The notes beneath the pieces are model-generated. The model was not told the DNA's origin. It made no database searches and was given only the letters and a program-made list of their open reading frames with translations. Made by a program: the position numbers and the translations under genes. DNA of 64,000 nucleotides from Hypanus sabinus (Eukaryota): positions 19,530,001 to 19,594,000 of the forward strand of contig NC_082722.1 in assembly GCF_030144855.1 (NCBI RefSeq), written 5' to 3'. Below are positions 35,564-47,599 of the stretch, in pieces (position 1 is the stretch's first letter; each line of letters begins with the position of its first letter).

Positions 35564-36725
35564 ATTCCAAATAATAACTGTTTGATTGCTAAGGTTGGAT
35601 GAGATTGCTGAGTTTCAGAAGCGTTGTGACGGCGGGTGTTCACCACCTGCAGAACGATGGTATTTTCCTGTGTTCCGATGCCTCATTCTTTCATTGCAAA
35701 GTGTCTGCTCCAGTGCTGCATCAGTTCTCGTGTCTCAATTAGGGTGCTCCTTAACCCCCACCCCCCACCCCCCGACGACTTATATTTTTCCCAAGCACTA
35801 TTAGGACGTAATCACTGCTTCAGAATAAAGGAGGTCATATTTCCATGGGATGACTTATCTACTTCGCTGTTCCTGGGGTTATTTGTCACCATCCTTGAAC
35901 ATGTCAAATAATAATTGAAATTAAAGGAAACAGCTCAACAATTCCAGTGGGCCAGGCTGTGCATGTGAAGTTGAATGCTGTGAGTTCAAGGCTTGGCACT
36001 TACAGTGCAGAGGGAAGATACCCAATATATGAGTGAAAGGGAGGTTATGCGAACCCAAGTCATGAGATGGGAGTGGTGGAGGATATATATTGGACAATTA
36101 ATGGAAGATATCGTTATCATTCAAGGAAAAGATACCATGGGATCAATGCCGCTCCATAGGCGGTGCAAATTGACCTTGATTTAAGAGGTTTAAGGAAGCG
36201 CAATTTGCGTGTAATAGATCGTCCATTAATCGCCAAAGCATTTTAACCGAGATTTAGTCCTCAAACCTATAAAGGAGAATTTCATTTCTCTATGAACTCA
36301 AGTGAGAAGCCAGGGTTCAAAATCACATCTCTTGTTTAGCGGGTAGGATATTGCTTTTTCAACAAATAGAAATTAGGAAGTAGAAATCATTTATTAGTGG
36401 TGGGGGTGTTTCTAAATAGCTTGCGGCAACTCCAAGAGATAGAATTTCGTAGGACCATCGTAACAGCGGATCATGTAGAGAGGGCGCCCTCTCCAGGACG
36501 TCGCTGTTACAGAATGCACTTGTTTGGGATGAACCAGAGGAATTTACAAGTTTATGCAACTCTCTGTACTTTACAAAGGTTTTACAATATTGAACCCATT
36601 ATCATTTAAATCATTATCTTAGTTATTTTCTTTCTTCATTTGGCTATTCTGAACTATCATTTCAGATAAATATAATGCAGACCTGCTTTTGCATCATTAT
36701 TCAAAAGTTTGTTTATTTATGTATA
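35564..36725 (+). repeat. Long inverted paralogous block, copy 1
   Basis: Colinear with the reverse complement of 62330-64000. Shared strings include gttggatgagattgctgagtttcagaagcgttgtgacggc, gataccatgggatcaatg and tgttacagaatgcacttgttt. Confidence 0.9.
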
Positions 36726-38799
36726 CTGTATAGGGCATCCACCATGGTGTCAGAGCGAGATTTATGTGATGTGCATTGTAGACTCGAACTCTAATTCAGG
36801 CTTATGATATGTTCTGATTCTGATCCCTTTTGGGCAATTTTTGAACTGGGGTGGTCTGCAGATAATGAACACTGAGCTGAACTGAAATATGCCTTTTTGC
36901 TCTGTGTATTCACTCGTTTTTTGTTGCCATTTTGCGCGTTGATGTTTGATGTTTTTTCTTTGAATGGTTGGTTTTGTCGCTCTTCTTTGTCCGTGGGGAA
37001 GATGGGGCTTCTGGTTTAAGTAGGTGCAATTTCTGGCTGGTGGCCAATGAAACAAAGAAAACAACCAAACACTTTGTTAACCACTCTTTTCCTGGCACAT
37101 GATCATTGCAAGTAATAGTCTGTAACCTCCCTTTGGACTTCTGGACAATTCGATGTGGAGGAATTGAGGCGAGGCAAGGCAGCGGACCCATCGACGAGCG
37201 TGAGGAAGATCCGAGGTTCAATCGTTTTAAATGCCGCATTGATAGGCCGGATTGAGGCGGCAGCCCCAGAGTGTATAACGGCTCAACTGAAGTCGATGTT
37301 TGGATGGAGGCTTAAGTGGCGTGTGGAATCGGAGAGGTCAGATACAGGCTGAATCGAGGCGGTGGGGTCCAGGTCCCAGAGTGTATCGGGGTGATTAAAC
37401 CTGAGGTTTGCACACTGATTTAGGCACCGGGCAAGATTGAGAAGGGCAGGGTGTTGGGACCCAAGGCAAGTGATGGGCTGGTCAGATCACTGCTCCACAA
37501 CTCAGCCCTGTGAGAATTGTGAGACTCTCTGCAGACTTCAGTTCAGAACCTCATTTGCTTGCATGATGTTTTTATCTCTCTCTACGCAGTGGGTGTTCGA
37601 CACTCTTTCTTAAAATATGGATCCTTTTGGGTCTTTTTACTGCCTGTTAGGAGACAAATTTCAAGATTCTATAATGTATACATCCTTTGGTAATAAATGT
37701 ACTTTGAATCTTTGAATTTATAGGGGTAGTTATTGACAAACTGCCCATATTCATTAGCAAGGACTAAATAATTTAGAGCAGTTATGGCCAGATTGTTTTT
37801 AGGCCCAAAGCTAGCAAATACAGGTGAAAGAAATACCTTTTATGGACACTGAACAAATTTATTCACAAGGATTCTGCCATGCAACTAAAAGTATATTCGT
37901 CTCATTTCTGCAAACTGATCATCAGAAATTAGGGATAAAATGCAACTCGCAGACATCCAGCAGAATAAATCATTAAATGTAAAAAAAAAAATACCCCTCA
38001 TACCCCCCTTACATCTACCCCCTCTCATCTTAATGCATGTCCTGTGGTATTACACTTTTCAACCCTGGGAAACAGATGCTCCCTGTCTACTCTATCTACA
38101 TCTCTCATAATCTTATAAGCCTCTATCAGATCTCCCCTCAGCCTCCAGCACTCCAAAGACAGCAGTCGAAGTTTGTCCAGCCGCATATGTTAGCCCATGC
38201 CCTCTAAACCTGGTAAACCAATTCTGCACCCTCTCCACGTCTCAACGCCCTTCCTATAGTGGGACTTACTAGAACTGTATGCAATTCTCCAGATGTGGCC
38301 TAACCAGAGTTTTACAAAGTTGCAACATAACCACTTCTGAACTCAATGCCTCTACTAATAAAATTGAACCATTTCTGTTAATACCTTTCTCTGCAACTCA
38401 AAGTTTCATCAAACTTTCGTCAGGTACTATCTCCATGAAATACTTCTGGATTTTTTACTACATTACAATCATTGAATAAAAGCAAATTGCTGACTTTGGG
38501 GTCATGTGTTACGCTTGTATTGTTGTCCCTTTGAAGTAGTCTATCTCACCATTCCCTGTAAAACACTGCACCCTCTTTTATCTTCCATTATCTTCCCAAG
38601 CCGGATGAGGCTGCAATACCCAGATCCTGAGTAGGATGTAATAATTGTTGCAGAAAGTCTTGAGCAGTTTTAATTGAGTGGATGGCAGAGAATGTTTTCT
38701 CCTTTGTGCAATCTAGAACTGAGAACGCACCCACTAAGACAAATGGCTAGAATTAGAATGTTTGGTTGGCGGAAAAACTTTGAGGCAGCGTCACAGATT

Positions 38800-39260
38800 T
38801 ATGTAAATTTTTAAATTTAATTTCATAATCAAACATTTTCATAAGATGTATTTCAGACATTGTACATATATATCATAAACTCAAATATGTTACAAATCTC
38901 CACATAGTATTTATCTGAGGTATACACTTATGGATGAGTAGAAAGAAAAAAAATAAGCAAAAGGATAAAAACTATGTACAAGTAGGGAGTGATCTTTTTT
39001 TTAAAACATGTTCATTGATTTGTGAGAATAAAATCGGCTGATGAGGCATTATGTCCTTATAACTATTTTTCCTAGTATGAGTCATAATTCTTCCAGATTA
39101 TGATTAACAGATGCTGTTATCTTTTCCATTTTGTAAATGTCCATTGTAATTTCTATCCATGCATTTAAAGTTTAGCTCTCCTGTGATAACTATTTCCTAG
39201 TAAGAGTCTTCTTACCAGCCACCAACAGTACATTCATTAAATATTTATCTGTTTTCAACC
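38800..39260 (-). mobile_element. L1/Tx1-type LINE 3' end, same family as 1455-2420
   Basis: Colinear with 1470-1930 (aaacatttccataagatgtatttc...tatctgaggtatacac...). Confidence 0.75.
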
Positions 39261-39309
39261 AGGGTCACAGATTTCTGATGAACAGTAATCTGCTTACCTT
39301 CCCTGAAAA

Positions 39310-40250
39310 GTGTTCTCCCCGCACACCCACTAATCCACCTCAATCAGCCTGGGACCATCTACATGAGGGATAACTGATAGTAGACAACAACCCTACCTAC
39401 CAGCACATCTTTGGGATGGGAGGGGAAACCAGAGCCCTATTCCTCCCCCCACCACCTCATGGAAGGTGACCAGGCCAGACGGCAAACGTGCACAGTCCAC
39501 ATAGACAGCAACTGAGGTCAGATTTGAAGCCAGGTGAGTGGCGCCCTGAGGCAGCAGCATTGCCTGTAGTATCACTGTGCCACCTGAAGGGGGAGGATTT
39601 TATAGCCCCATTGACATCTCTCTATTGAAATCAATGCAGACCCTCCATATGGTTGTGTGGAAACTTTTTCTCATGCACCTAAAGTTATAATGAACAGTAG
39701 AATGGAAGGAGAGATTGCTCACCACCTTTTAACAGATCAATTCCCGACACTGCCTGTGAGGAGTTTATATATTCTCCCCGCAACTGTGTGCATTTCCTCT
39801 GGGTGCTCTTGTTTCCTCCCACAGTCCAAAGGTGTACCAGCTGGTAAGTAAATTGGTCATTGTAAATTGTCCTGTGATTAGGCTCAGATTAAATTGGGGT
39901 ATTGCCAGTCAGTGCATCTAGAAAGGCCAGAAGTGCCTATTCCACACTGTATCCCAATAAATAAACGTCAACCCTCCAACTCAAAATGCGCCACACTATG
40001 GCAGGTTTGGAACCATGTCACGGCTAGCTGCTGCCTCATAGAGCCGGAGGTCCAGCTTCAATCCTGTCCTCTGGTGCTGTCTATGTGCATTTTGCTCATT
40101 TCTCCCTATTGGGTTTCCTCTGGGTACTCCAGATTCCTTCAACAGCTAAAAAGGTGGGTGCGTTTGTAGGTTAATTGGTCTCTGTATGTGGTTGAATTTG
40201 GGAGGGAGAAGACTGAGGGGAAGTAAGTGAAGTGAGTGAACGCGAATAGG
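39310..40250. mobile_element. Cluster of tRNA-derived SINE copies (about 39310-39585 minus, 39760-39960 plus, 40000-40250 plus)
   Basis: A/B-box-like heads and the typical ttcctc(t/c)gggtgctc...ttcctcccacagtccaaag...ggttaattggtc body. Confidence 0.6.
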
Positions 40251-40333
40251 CCGAGTTGCATCCCCCTCTGACTCCCCAAAGCCAACACCATTTATCAGAT
40301 CCGATTGACAGAAAGACACAAAGCAGTTTGTAT

Positions 40334-40513
40334 GATCCACAACAGTCCTTTGCACTCGTAGTGTTTCACAATAGGAACAAAGTCAACAAAGAAAGTTTCA
40401 ACCCGCTTTCCGATGGTCACCTTGTTGTCATCGAAACATCCGCGATTCATCAGGCGCTGCTTCATGACCTTAGGGCTCCAGTTGATGAGGAGTACGATGC
40501 TGGGAGGTGTGAT
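40334..40513 (-). pseudogene. Adenylate kinase pseudogene: LID-region exon
   Basis: After ctctctccccag| it reads ITPPSIVLLINWSPKVMKQRLMNRGCFDDNKVTIGKRVETFFVDFVPIVKHYECKGLLWI, compared with AK1 IGQPTLLLYVD...[26 protein letters not shown]. It is 4 codons shorter, and there is no GT at the expected donor (atacaa), so the 3' end is inferred. Confidence 0.88.
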
Positions 40514-40559
40514 CTGGGGAGAGAGGAAGATGCAGCCATTAGGTTAATGCTTTGCCATG

Positions 40560-41100
40560 CAGAGATCGATCTGAGCACTCGTTCCATGACTGCGTTATTC
40601 CAAGTGACCATTTGCACCAACCAAAACTCTCAAATTTTTACAGGTGTACTGTGACCAGCATTCCAACGGGCTGCATCGCCGTCCGGTATTTGGCGGAGGG
40701 TCTACTGCGGAGGATCAAAATAAACTTTAGAAAGTTGTAACCTTAGTCATCTCCATCATGGGCACCAGCCTCCATAGTGTCCAGGACATCTGCAAGATGC
40801 GATGCTTCAAAAAGGCAGCATCCATCTTTAAGGGCCCCACCACCCAGGACATGCCCTCTTCCCATTGTTACGAATGGCACTGAAGCCTGAAACCACATAG
40901 TCAATGATTCAACAACAGCTTCTTCCCCCTCACCGTCTGATAACTGAATGGACATTGAACCTTTGAACACTACACCCAACAGTTCTGTATTTTTAATTTT
41001 GCACTATTTATTTAATTGAACTATTTAATATATAAACTTAAAGTAATTCTGTTTTTTCCTGTTATCATGATTGCATGATACTGCTGCCAGAAAGTCATCA
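40560..41100 (+). mobile_element. Rex1/Babar 3' fragment
   Basis: NFYRCTVTSIPTGC.. motif, plus the atcttcaag...aaaggcagcatccatc..aggac...ccacc 3' region. Confidence 0.6.
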
Positions 41101-41268
41101 AATTACATGACAATCTCCCCTGCAATTGGGAATTATTGGTGCTCCCTCTATCACAATATTTCAGCTTTGCATATTAACATGGGGTGGTTCTGAGGGATCG
41201 ATGAGGACAGGAGTGGGTGTGAGGAGAGCAGGTAGAACAATAGATGTGTAGTCAATCTTGACACTCAT

Positions 41269-41820
41269 TGATTCATCAAATACTTCTGCCTGTTCCAAGG
41301 TCTCGGTATAACCATTGATTCTGAAGCCTCTCTCGTTCAGATTCTGCAGCATGGTGTCCTTCAGTCGGAGCGTCTGTGCTCGTAAACACTGGAATTTCGA
41401 AGGATGAGAGGGGATCTGATTGAAACATATAAGATTATTAAGGGATTGGACATGCTGGAGGCGTGAAGCATGTTCCCGCTGATTGGTGAGTCTAGAACTA
41501 AAGGCCATAGTTTAAGAATAAGGGGTAGGCTATTTAGTACAGAGATGTGGAAAAAACTTTTTCACCCAGAGAGTGGTGGATATGTGGAATGCTCTGCCCC
41601 AGAAGGCAATGGATGCCAAGTCTCTGGATGCTTTCAAGAGAGAGTTAGATAGAGATCTTATAGATAGCGGGGTCAAGGGATATGGGGAGAGGGCAGGAAC
41701 GGGGTACTGATTGTGTATGATCAGCCATGATCACAGTGAATGGCGGTACTGGCTAGAAGGTCCGAATGGGCTGCTCCTGCACCTACTGCCCATTCTCTAT
41801 AGAACATCCAGCATGATCCC
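41269..41820 (-). pseudogene. Adenylate kinase pseudogene: 114-bp exon split by a CR1 insertion (41801-41820 plus 41269-41362)
   Basis: Acceptor ttgttgtcag|. With the insert removed it reads GIMLDVLKDTMLQNLNERGFRINGYTETLEQAEVFDES (the GFLIDGYPR motif degenerated). The donor position reads atgagt instead of gtgagt. Confidence 0.88.
41365..41800 (+). mobile_element. 5'-truncated CR1 inserted inside the AK-like exon
   Basis: ctggaatttcgaaggatgagaggggatctgattgaaacatataag... with a 3' tail. AG is repeated at both junctions (41363-41364 and 41801-41802). Confidence 0.9.
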
Positions 41821-41869
41821 CTGACAACAAAGAGCCAAAATCAGGAGATCAATCACAGCAGGAGGCCAA

Positions 41870-42660
41870 CGTAGGCCGCAGCAGGATGTAGAACTGAACC
41901 GAGAAGCGTCTGTTGGAGTTCAATCCAGAAACTTGTGAAGTAATTCACTTTGGAAGGTCAAATGTGAAGGCAGACTACAAGGTGAAGGATAGGGTTATTA
42001 ACAGCACAGAGGAGCAGAGGGATATTGGGATGGGATCTGTGTCCATAGGTCCACAAAGTTGCCTCCCAAACTGATAGGGTAGTATGACATTTTACTGACC
42101 GTTTAATCAACTCCATGACCAGTTTAACCCTTCCCTGCAAGTTTTTAAATCCATGAGCCTATATAAATGTCTTACATTTCCCTACCACTAGTCCTGGCAG
42201 CATGCTCCATACACTTACCCCTGTATGTGTTGGGAAAAAAAAAAGGCGTAAGGTGAGTTAGGCAGGGTATTGAGTTCAAGAGTGTGGAGGTAGAGTTGCA
42301 GCTCTATAAAAGCCTGTTTAGACCACACTTGAAATATTGAGTTTAATTCTGGTTGTCTCATTATAAGAAAGATGTGGAGGCTTTAGAGATGGGCCACGTG
42401 AGATTTACCAGGATGTTGCTGAAGAATTGGAGATTACTTCTTATCAGATCTTCTCTTTGGTGTGAAGGAAAATGAGTGGTAACTTGATAGAAATGTACAT
42501 GATGATAAGAGAGGAAATCCAGCATTTTTTTTCAAGGTGGAAATGGCTAATACAAGCAGGCATAATTTTAAGGGGATTGGAGTTAAAAAACAATTTTCTA
42601 TGGTATTTCATTGACTGGTTGCTGCAGCAAAAGAAGGGTTCTATCACAATCAGCTAAAGA
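41870..42660 (+). mobile_element. Degenerate CR1 RT/3' fragments
   Basis: gtaattcactttggaaggtcaaat and ctctataaaagcctgtttagaccacacttg motifs. Confidence 0.6.
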
Positions 42661-43485
42661 ACTTGGACCTATGTTCATTGGAGTTTAGAATAATGCACGT
42701 TGTACACAGAGGCATCTCAGTTCTCTAGGGGGCATGATAAAGAGGTGTTGATGTTTCTGCCATTGGGAGATATTGGGTAAGGGGACACAGTTACAAGATT
42801 TGAGGCTGGTCATTTAAATCTGAGGTGCATGGAGAATTCTCCTAGAAAATGGTGATTTTCTCCATAAAAGTTTGACAATGTTTGACATATTAGCTTGGGG
42901 ACATGGAGCTAAATTAGACTCAAAACACCAATCAGCTGCATTTCGGTTAAATATGCACCAGGCTTCCATTTAACCTATTCTGTATCTACCTATGTGCAAT
43001 AATTATGATCCTCTAGGTTTCGAAAGGACCTAAAGGGTATATGTAGCTGAAGTTACTGGGTGGACGTTGAGCATCCTCAAGTTTCATGACTGTACCTCCT
43101 AGGACCAAGCTGAGGCAGTGGCATGGAGCTGAGAGAACCTGTCGCCCTGGATTTGAGTATGGCTCCATTATGGGTAACAATCTCTGTAAGTCAGGTGTGT
43201 GTGGAACCAGGAGTTCTCTTCTGCTGTGCTGGGACCAATGTTTCTCCTCAACCAACATCACTGGAACAGATTGAACATTATTACATTGCTGTATTGACAT
43301 GTAGGGAAATGGCCTGCTATGTTTTCCAAGAAAAGAGCTACAAGGGAAAGGCTTCATCCACACTGATAATGTTAATAACCATTCTCTTCTGGAGAAGGAG
43401 ATAGGATAGAAGGTTAGATCAGTTTACTGGACTCCATACTGGTACAGCTGATTGCAATGCAGATCAGCAGGTGATAGGAACTCAC

Positions 43486-43649
43486 CGGTAGAACCAAGCC
43501 TCCTTCAACCATTATCTTCTTAATCTTTTTACCTCGTTTTGTTTCCCTGTTTGCCTCATTCTGTAGCAGGGCGTCTGTGGACAGATGTGTGAAGCCGTAT
43601 TTCTCCCTCATTTTCACACACTGTTTCCCTTTCCCTGATCCAAGGCCCT
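43486..43649 (-). pseudogene. Adenylate kinase pseudogene: 164-bp P-loop/NMP-binding exon
   Basis: Bounded by tttcag| and |gtgagt. It reads (E)GLGSGKGKQCVKMREKYGFTHLSTDALLQNEANRETKRGKKIKKIMVEGGLVLP, compared with AK1 GPGSGKGTQC...KYGYTHLSTGDLL...GQLVPL. Size and phase match AK1/AK5. Confidence 0.95.
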
Positions 43650-44149
43650 CTGAAACGCAGTACATTTTACTGGGGAAAATCAGAAAAAAACCATGGAATT
43701 ATAGGGAGAACTCTGCAAAGTCCTTACAGTCAGCAGTGGAATTGAATCTGGATTGCTAGTACTATAAAACATACAGCTATCAATCCATTATGGGGTCAGG
43801 TCTGGGATTACCTACAGAATTAGATCTAGGATTAGGTGTAGAGTTCCTCCAGGAAGACCACAGTGCTGTATAGTGTTTGGAGACTGTGTGCCTTAATGAC
43901 CCGCAGAGCTCTGTTGCCTGGAGTCAGGGCTTTATGGTTCCGCTCCTGGTAGGGTCACCTATGTCAAACAGGTCAAAGGTCAGAGGTCTGACTAAGAGTG
44001 GTCCGCCAGTCTTCCAGATTCGGGGCTAACCTGCTTAGGGCTAACAACCTTGACTAGTCAAAAACGATACAGAAACAGCAGGGAAACAGCCTTCTATATC
44101 TCAAGCTGCCTGGCCTGAGTAATGAGCAATGAGTACAATATTTACTGAT

Positions 44150-44500
44150 TATACTATTGAGTACAGTGTCTCTACAGTTTTTTGATTAATGCTGAATTTA
44201 TTCAAGTGGATTTTGATATGTTTGAAACATTTTCTTTTACCTGACAGGGGTTCACTGACCTGCTTTAAACTGGGGGTAAAGCATCCGAATGGGGTGATGT
44301 GTTCAATATCCAAATGACATGACCTAACCATTGGAGTTGGTGTTGCTTTATCATGGTGGAAATGCTGTTCATTTTAGCTTCCTCCAGTAGGCCATCTGTC
44401 CGTCCAGCTGATTTGTCAATCTTTTGTAAGGCTCTTTGGTGGCATTGTTCCAGGGATTTCAAGTGCTGGATAAATGGCTGGTTAAGGAGTGGCTGATATA
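44150..44500 (-). mobile_element. RTE-clade LINE fragment
   Basis: LEQCHQRALQKI...SISTMIKQHQLQWLGHV. Confidence 0.6.
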
Positions 44501-46593
44501 GGACATGCCTCTTATGGTCAAAAAAAACCTTGGGCCCTATCTGCCTTGGTAAGGATATCTGGGATACTGTGCAATAATACGAATGCTAGCAGGATGGAGA
44601 TGTAACCAGAGGTACACAATGAGATAAGAAATTCTTATCATGAGGAAATGGCAACTTCAAAAAGAGTCAAATTAATTACAGAGCCTGATCTATCCCAAGG
44701 CAGGACCAAAGATAAACTTGGAGCAGAAATACAAAGTGATGCTTTTTATCATTCTTATAATTAGCAAATCTAAAAAGCATGGAGACCAACTGGGTAGGAA
44801 GGGCTCAGGCAGCGGACTTTAGGAAGGGATTGGGTGGGGTAAAGGGGTGTGCCAAATTTAAAGTGACCCCACACTCATGAATAATGTTGTCATTGGACAA
44901 GCTGCAAAGAAGTGGGACCAGGACCAGACCAAGAAGCTACAGGTTACCTAATCTTGGCCAACACACAACAGGATATTGCATTAACAAGATATTCTAGTAA
45001 GAATTGTTGGATAGTAAATGGGGGCATGTAACCCTGAGCTTTCTCCTAACCCACCCTTCTGATTACGTAACTGGCACTTCAAATCACAGATCTACACATC
45101 TTATTGGGACCATCTTCAAGAATCATTAAGACAAAATTTTAAATAGGATGCATTGATTGTGCAAATTACACTGGTCGTGTCAACTGTAAACAAGTCATTC
45201 AAGAGAGACATGTGGTGAATTGTGAAGGACGAGATTGAATGTACAGAATAAACATCAGCAGGCTGGCTCAAACACCCAGACACATAAGCAGTTGAGTTAC
45301 TGCAGCTTGAAATGATAGGTTTCGAGAGGAGGAATCAAAATAATGTGAACAAGGCCCACTACGCTACTGCACACCACACTGATTTTCATTACACTGATAC
45401 AGTAAAGCTTTCATCTGAAACCCATTCTGAAGTCTTAAAGAGTTAATTGTCATTCATTGCCTAGATTAATGAACTGTGCATGCATCGTTGTGCACCAATC
45501 AACTGCCTCACTGACATTCTATAAAAATAATAACAAATCCTGTTTCAAGGCACACAAGTGCTTCGCTGATTTTAGGTATCTTGTTTTCGACACATTCATT
45601 AACAGATGCAGGATTTATATTCAGCATCAAGATCTGCAGTTTTATTTTCAGCCAAGGCAAACATAAGGAAAAAGCGCATATAACTGAATTCTATTTGTAG
45701 GGCTGTCGCTGGAAACATATGCAAATCTCTAAACGGTAAAATATCCGTATTTCAAAACGAATCAATACACGCCACTTCAACTGACACTCTTCTTAAGACA
45801 TTGCAACCCCCACCCCCCCACCAGATTCTCATAAGCCTGCAACAGATTTCATTGTTTGTCCCAGCTGGCGAAACTGAGTTTCATTGTTCGTAATGGAATC
45901 AAAGTTATACAGATCCTTCAAAGCAACACATCCATACTTTATATTTAAAACAACTGCCACCCCTGATCTAATGCTATTTGCCTTCACTTAGTTAATATCC
46001 CACTAAATCTTTCCTAGAAGTAATAATATTCCTTCTCCTTAACAGGTGTAACATGGGATAACATTAGTACCATTCCCTCAGCCAGCACCACTGCCATTGG
46101 TACCACAGCCTCCAGTTAATCACTCGCCATTTTCCTGGCAACTTGAAATATACCAGTTTTCAAACTCTTCAGTTACGAAGATCACCAAACTGAAATATTA
46201 ACATTTCTCTCTGCACAGTTGCTGCAACTTTATGAACCTTTCCTGTATCTTTCCTGTTTTTTATTACAGAAATTCAACTATTTCATATCATGACATTCTG
46301 CTGCCATCAGCAAGTGACAGCATTTGCTAACGAGCTCTTTCAGATATGTAAGGTGTCTGCATGTAGAATCAAAATGGCTGTAACATGATGGAACTGTGAC
46401 AGATCATGTTTACCGTAGTCACTCTGGGTAGATATTAAGTATTAGACCAATCTTGCTCTGCATTTAATATTATTATTGTTATTCTGATAATCTTAGCTCG
46501 GCTGAAATCCAGTGGTTCACAATGGATTCTTAAAGTTTCCATTTTCATATCTCAGAAACTATCAGCCAGTGAAGTGAGAATGGCTTTACTCAC

Positions 46594-46629
46594 CAATCAG
46601 CAACATCAATTTGATGGCCTTCAACTATT
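46594..46629 (-). pseudogene. Adenylate kinase (AK1/AK5-type) pseudogene: 36-bp pre-P-loop exon with in-frame stop
   Basis: Bounded by tatcttacag| and |gtgagt, phase 1-1. It reads (E)*LKAIKLMLLI(x), compared with AK1 EKLKKTKIIFVVG, and has the same size as the AK1 exon. TAG at 46627-46625. Confidence 0.8.
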
Positions 46630-47367
46630 CTGTAAGATACAAGAAGAAACATTTAGATGTTTGCACTTCAGATCTCTGCCCAGGTTCAACCTACTCCACT
46701 GGTTTGATGACTTTTATCCCAGCATGTTTAGAGATCAGGAAAGCCGAGACCCAGCTGATGGAGAGAGCAGGAAAGTTGTGTAGCTGCGGTTCTGCATGCA
46801 ATATTTTCCCCCTTTGCTGCTTTGATTAGAAAGGTCTATTCCTGGCATCTCTGTCAGAGATCTGTTTTGCTTCAGAGTGGAGGTAAGGCTCCAGGGATTT
46901 CTTTTTTGTTCTGCCACAATTCTATCGTTATCTATATTGGAAATCTGCACAGCTTTGGCACCCGTGCAGTTACCCATTCCACTGTTCTTCGTTGTACTAT
47001 GGGTCTAAATGACCTAAGTGTGGAAGCTGTCTGTAACTTCAGTTTTCCCTGCTGCTGTCTACTAGCCACCCAACCATTGTGACTTAAGAGTGGGCGTCTT
47101 GGGCATCACACCCAGACGGGTGGGACTAAGGAAATGTCGACACTACGCCGGATCTCAGTATAAAGGAAGAGCTGAAGAATTTTAGAGGTTATCTGCAAAT
47201 CTCTTTCCAAAACCTATCCATTGTTTTTTTCTTCAGAACCACTCTGGGATCTATTTCACATTTTCTTTCAATAAGATGAGTTAACAGTATTCTTTAACAT
47301 CACATTATATTTTACAAATTGAATTGTTGCAATGGAAGTGGTAGACACAAAATTAAATGACGCTCAC

Positions 47368-47556
47368 CAATTCATCTTCTTTCGGAATTAATTGATATTT
47401 AATACAAAGTAATTCTGCAGAGTCTAGGCCAGACGCTGTTCTGATCAGCAGAAATTTGTTCTCTTCTGGTAATAAATCAACCTTTTCTTCCGGGCTTTGA
47501 TTGTTTTGAAATTACCACTGTGTCCGGCGCATTGAAGAATAGTTCTTCAATTGAAT
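47368..47556 (-). pseudogene. Candidate upstream exon of the adenylate kinase-like pseudogene
   Basis: Strong splice sites (ctctcctacag| and |gtgagc), 189 bp. No reading frame is both open and phase-compatible with the next exon, and no homology was recognised. Confidence 0.4.
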
Positions 47557-47599
47557 CTGTAGGAGAGTATATTGCAACAACGAACAAATTGAGTCACTG

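Noticed and set aside
35586-36609. Coding exons within the inverted arms (for example RLDEIAEFQKRC; RAPSPGRRCYRMHLF)
   Set aside because: No recognisable domain; the putative donor is lost in one copy and indels between the copies do not preserve frame.
39298-39370. Final AK exon (VDGPRLIEV...VC)
   Set aside because: It overlaps SINE-like sequence and lacks a valid acceptor in frame.
44959-45973. Second degenerate AK domain (35-bp exon-like at 44959-44993; KYG-containing segment at 45822-45973)
   Set aside because: Similarity is weak, needs frameshifts and non-canonical splice sites, and the stronger 36-bp exon at 46594-46629 already fills this role.
47368-47556. KCTD19 N-terminus (expected from mammalian LRRC36 synteny)
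   Set aside because: Only a short SIEELF resemblance; no BTB motif, and the downstream exons are adenylate kinase.
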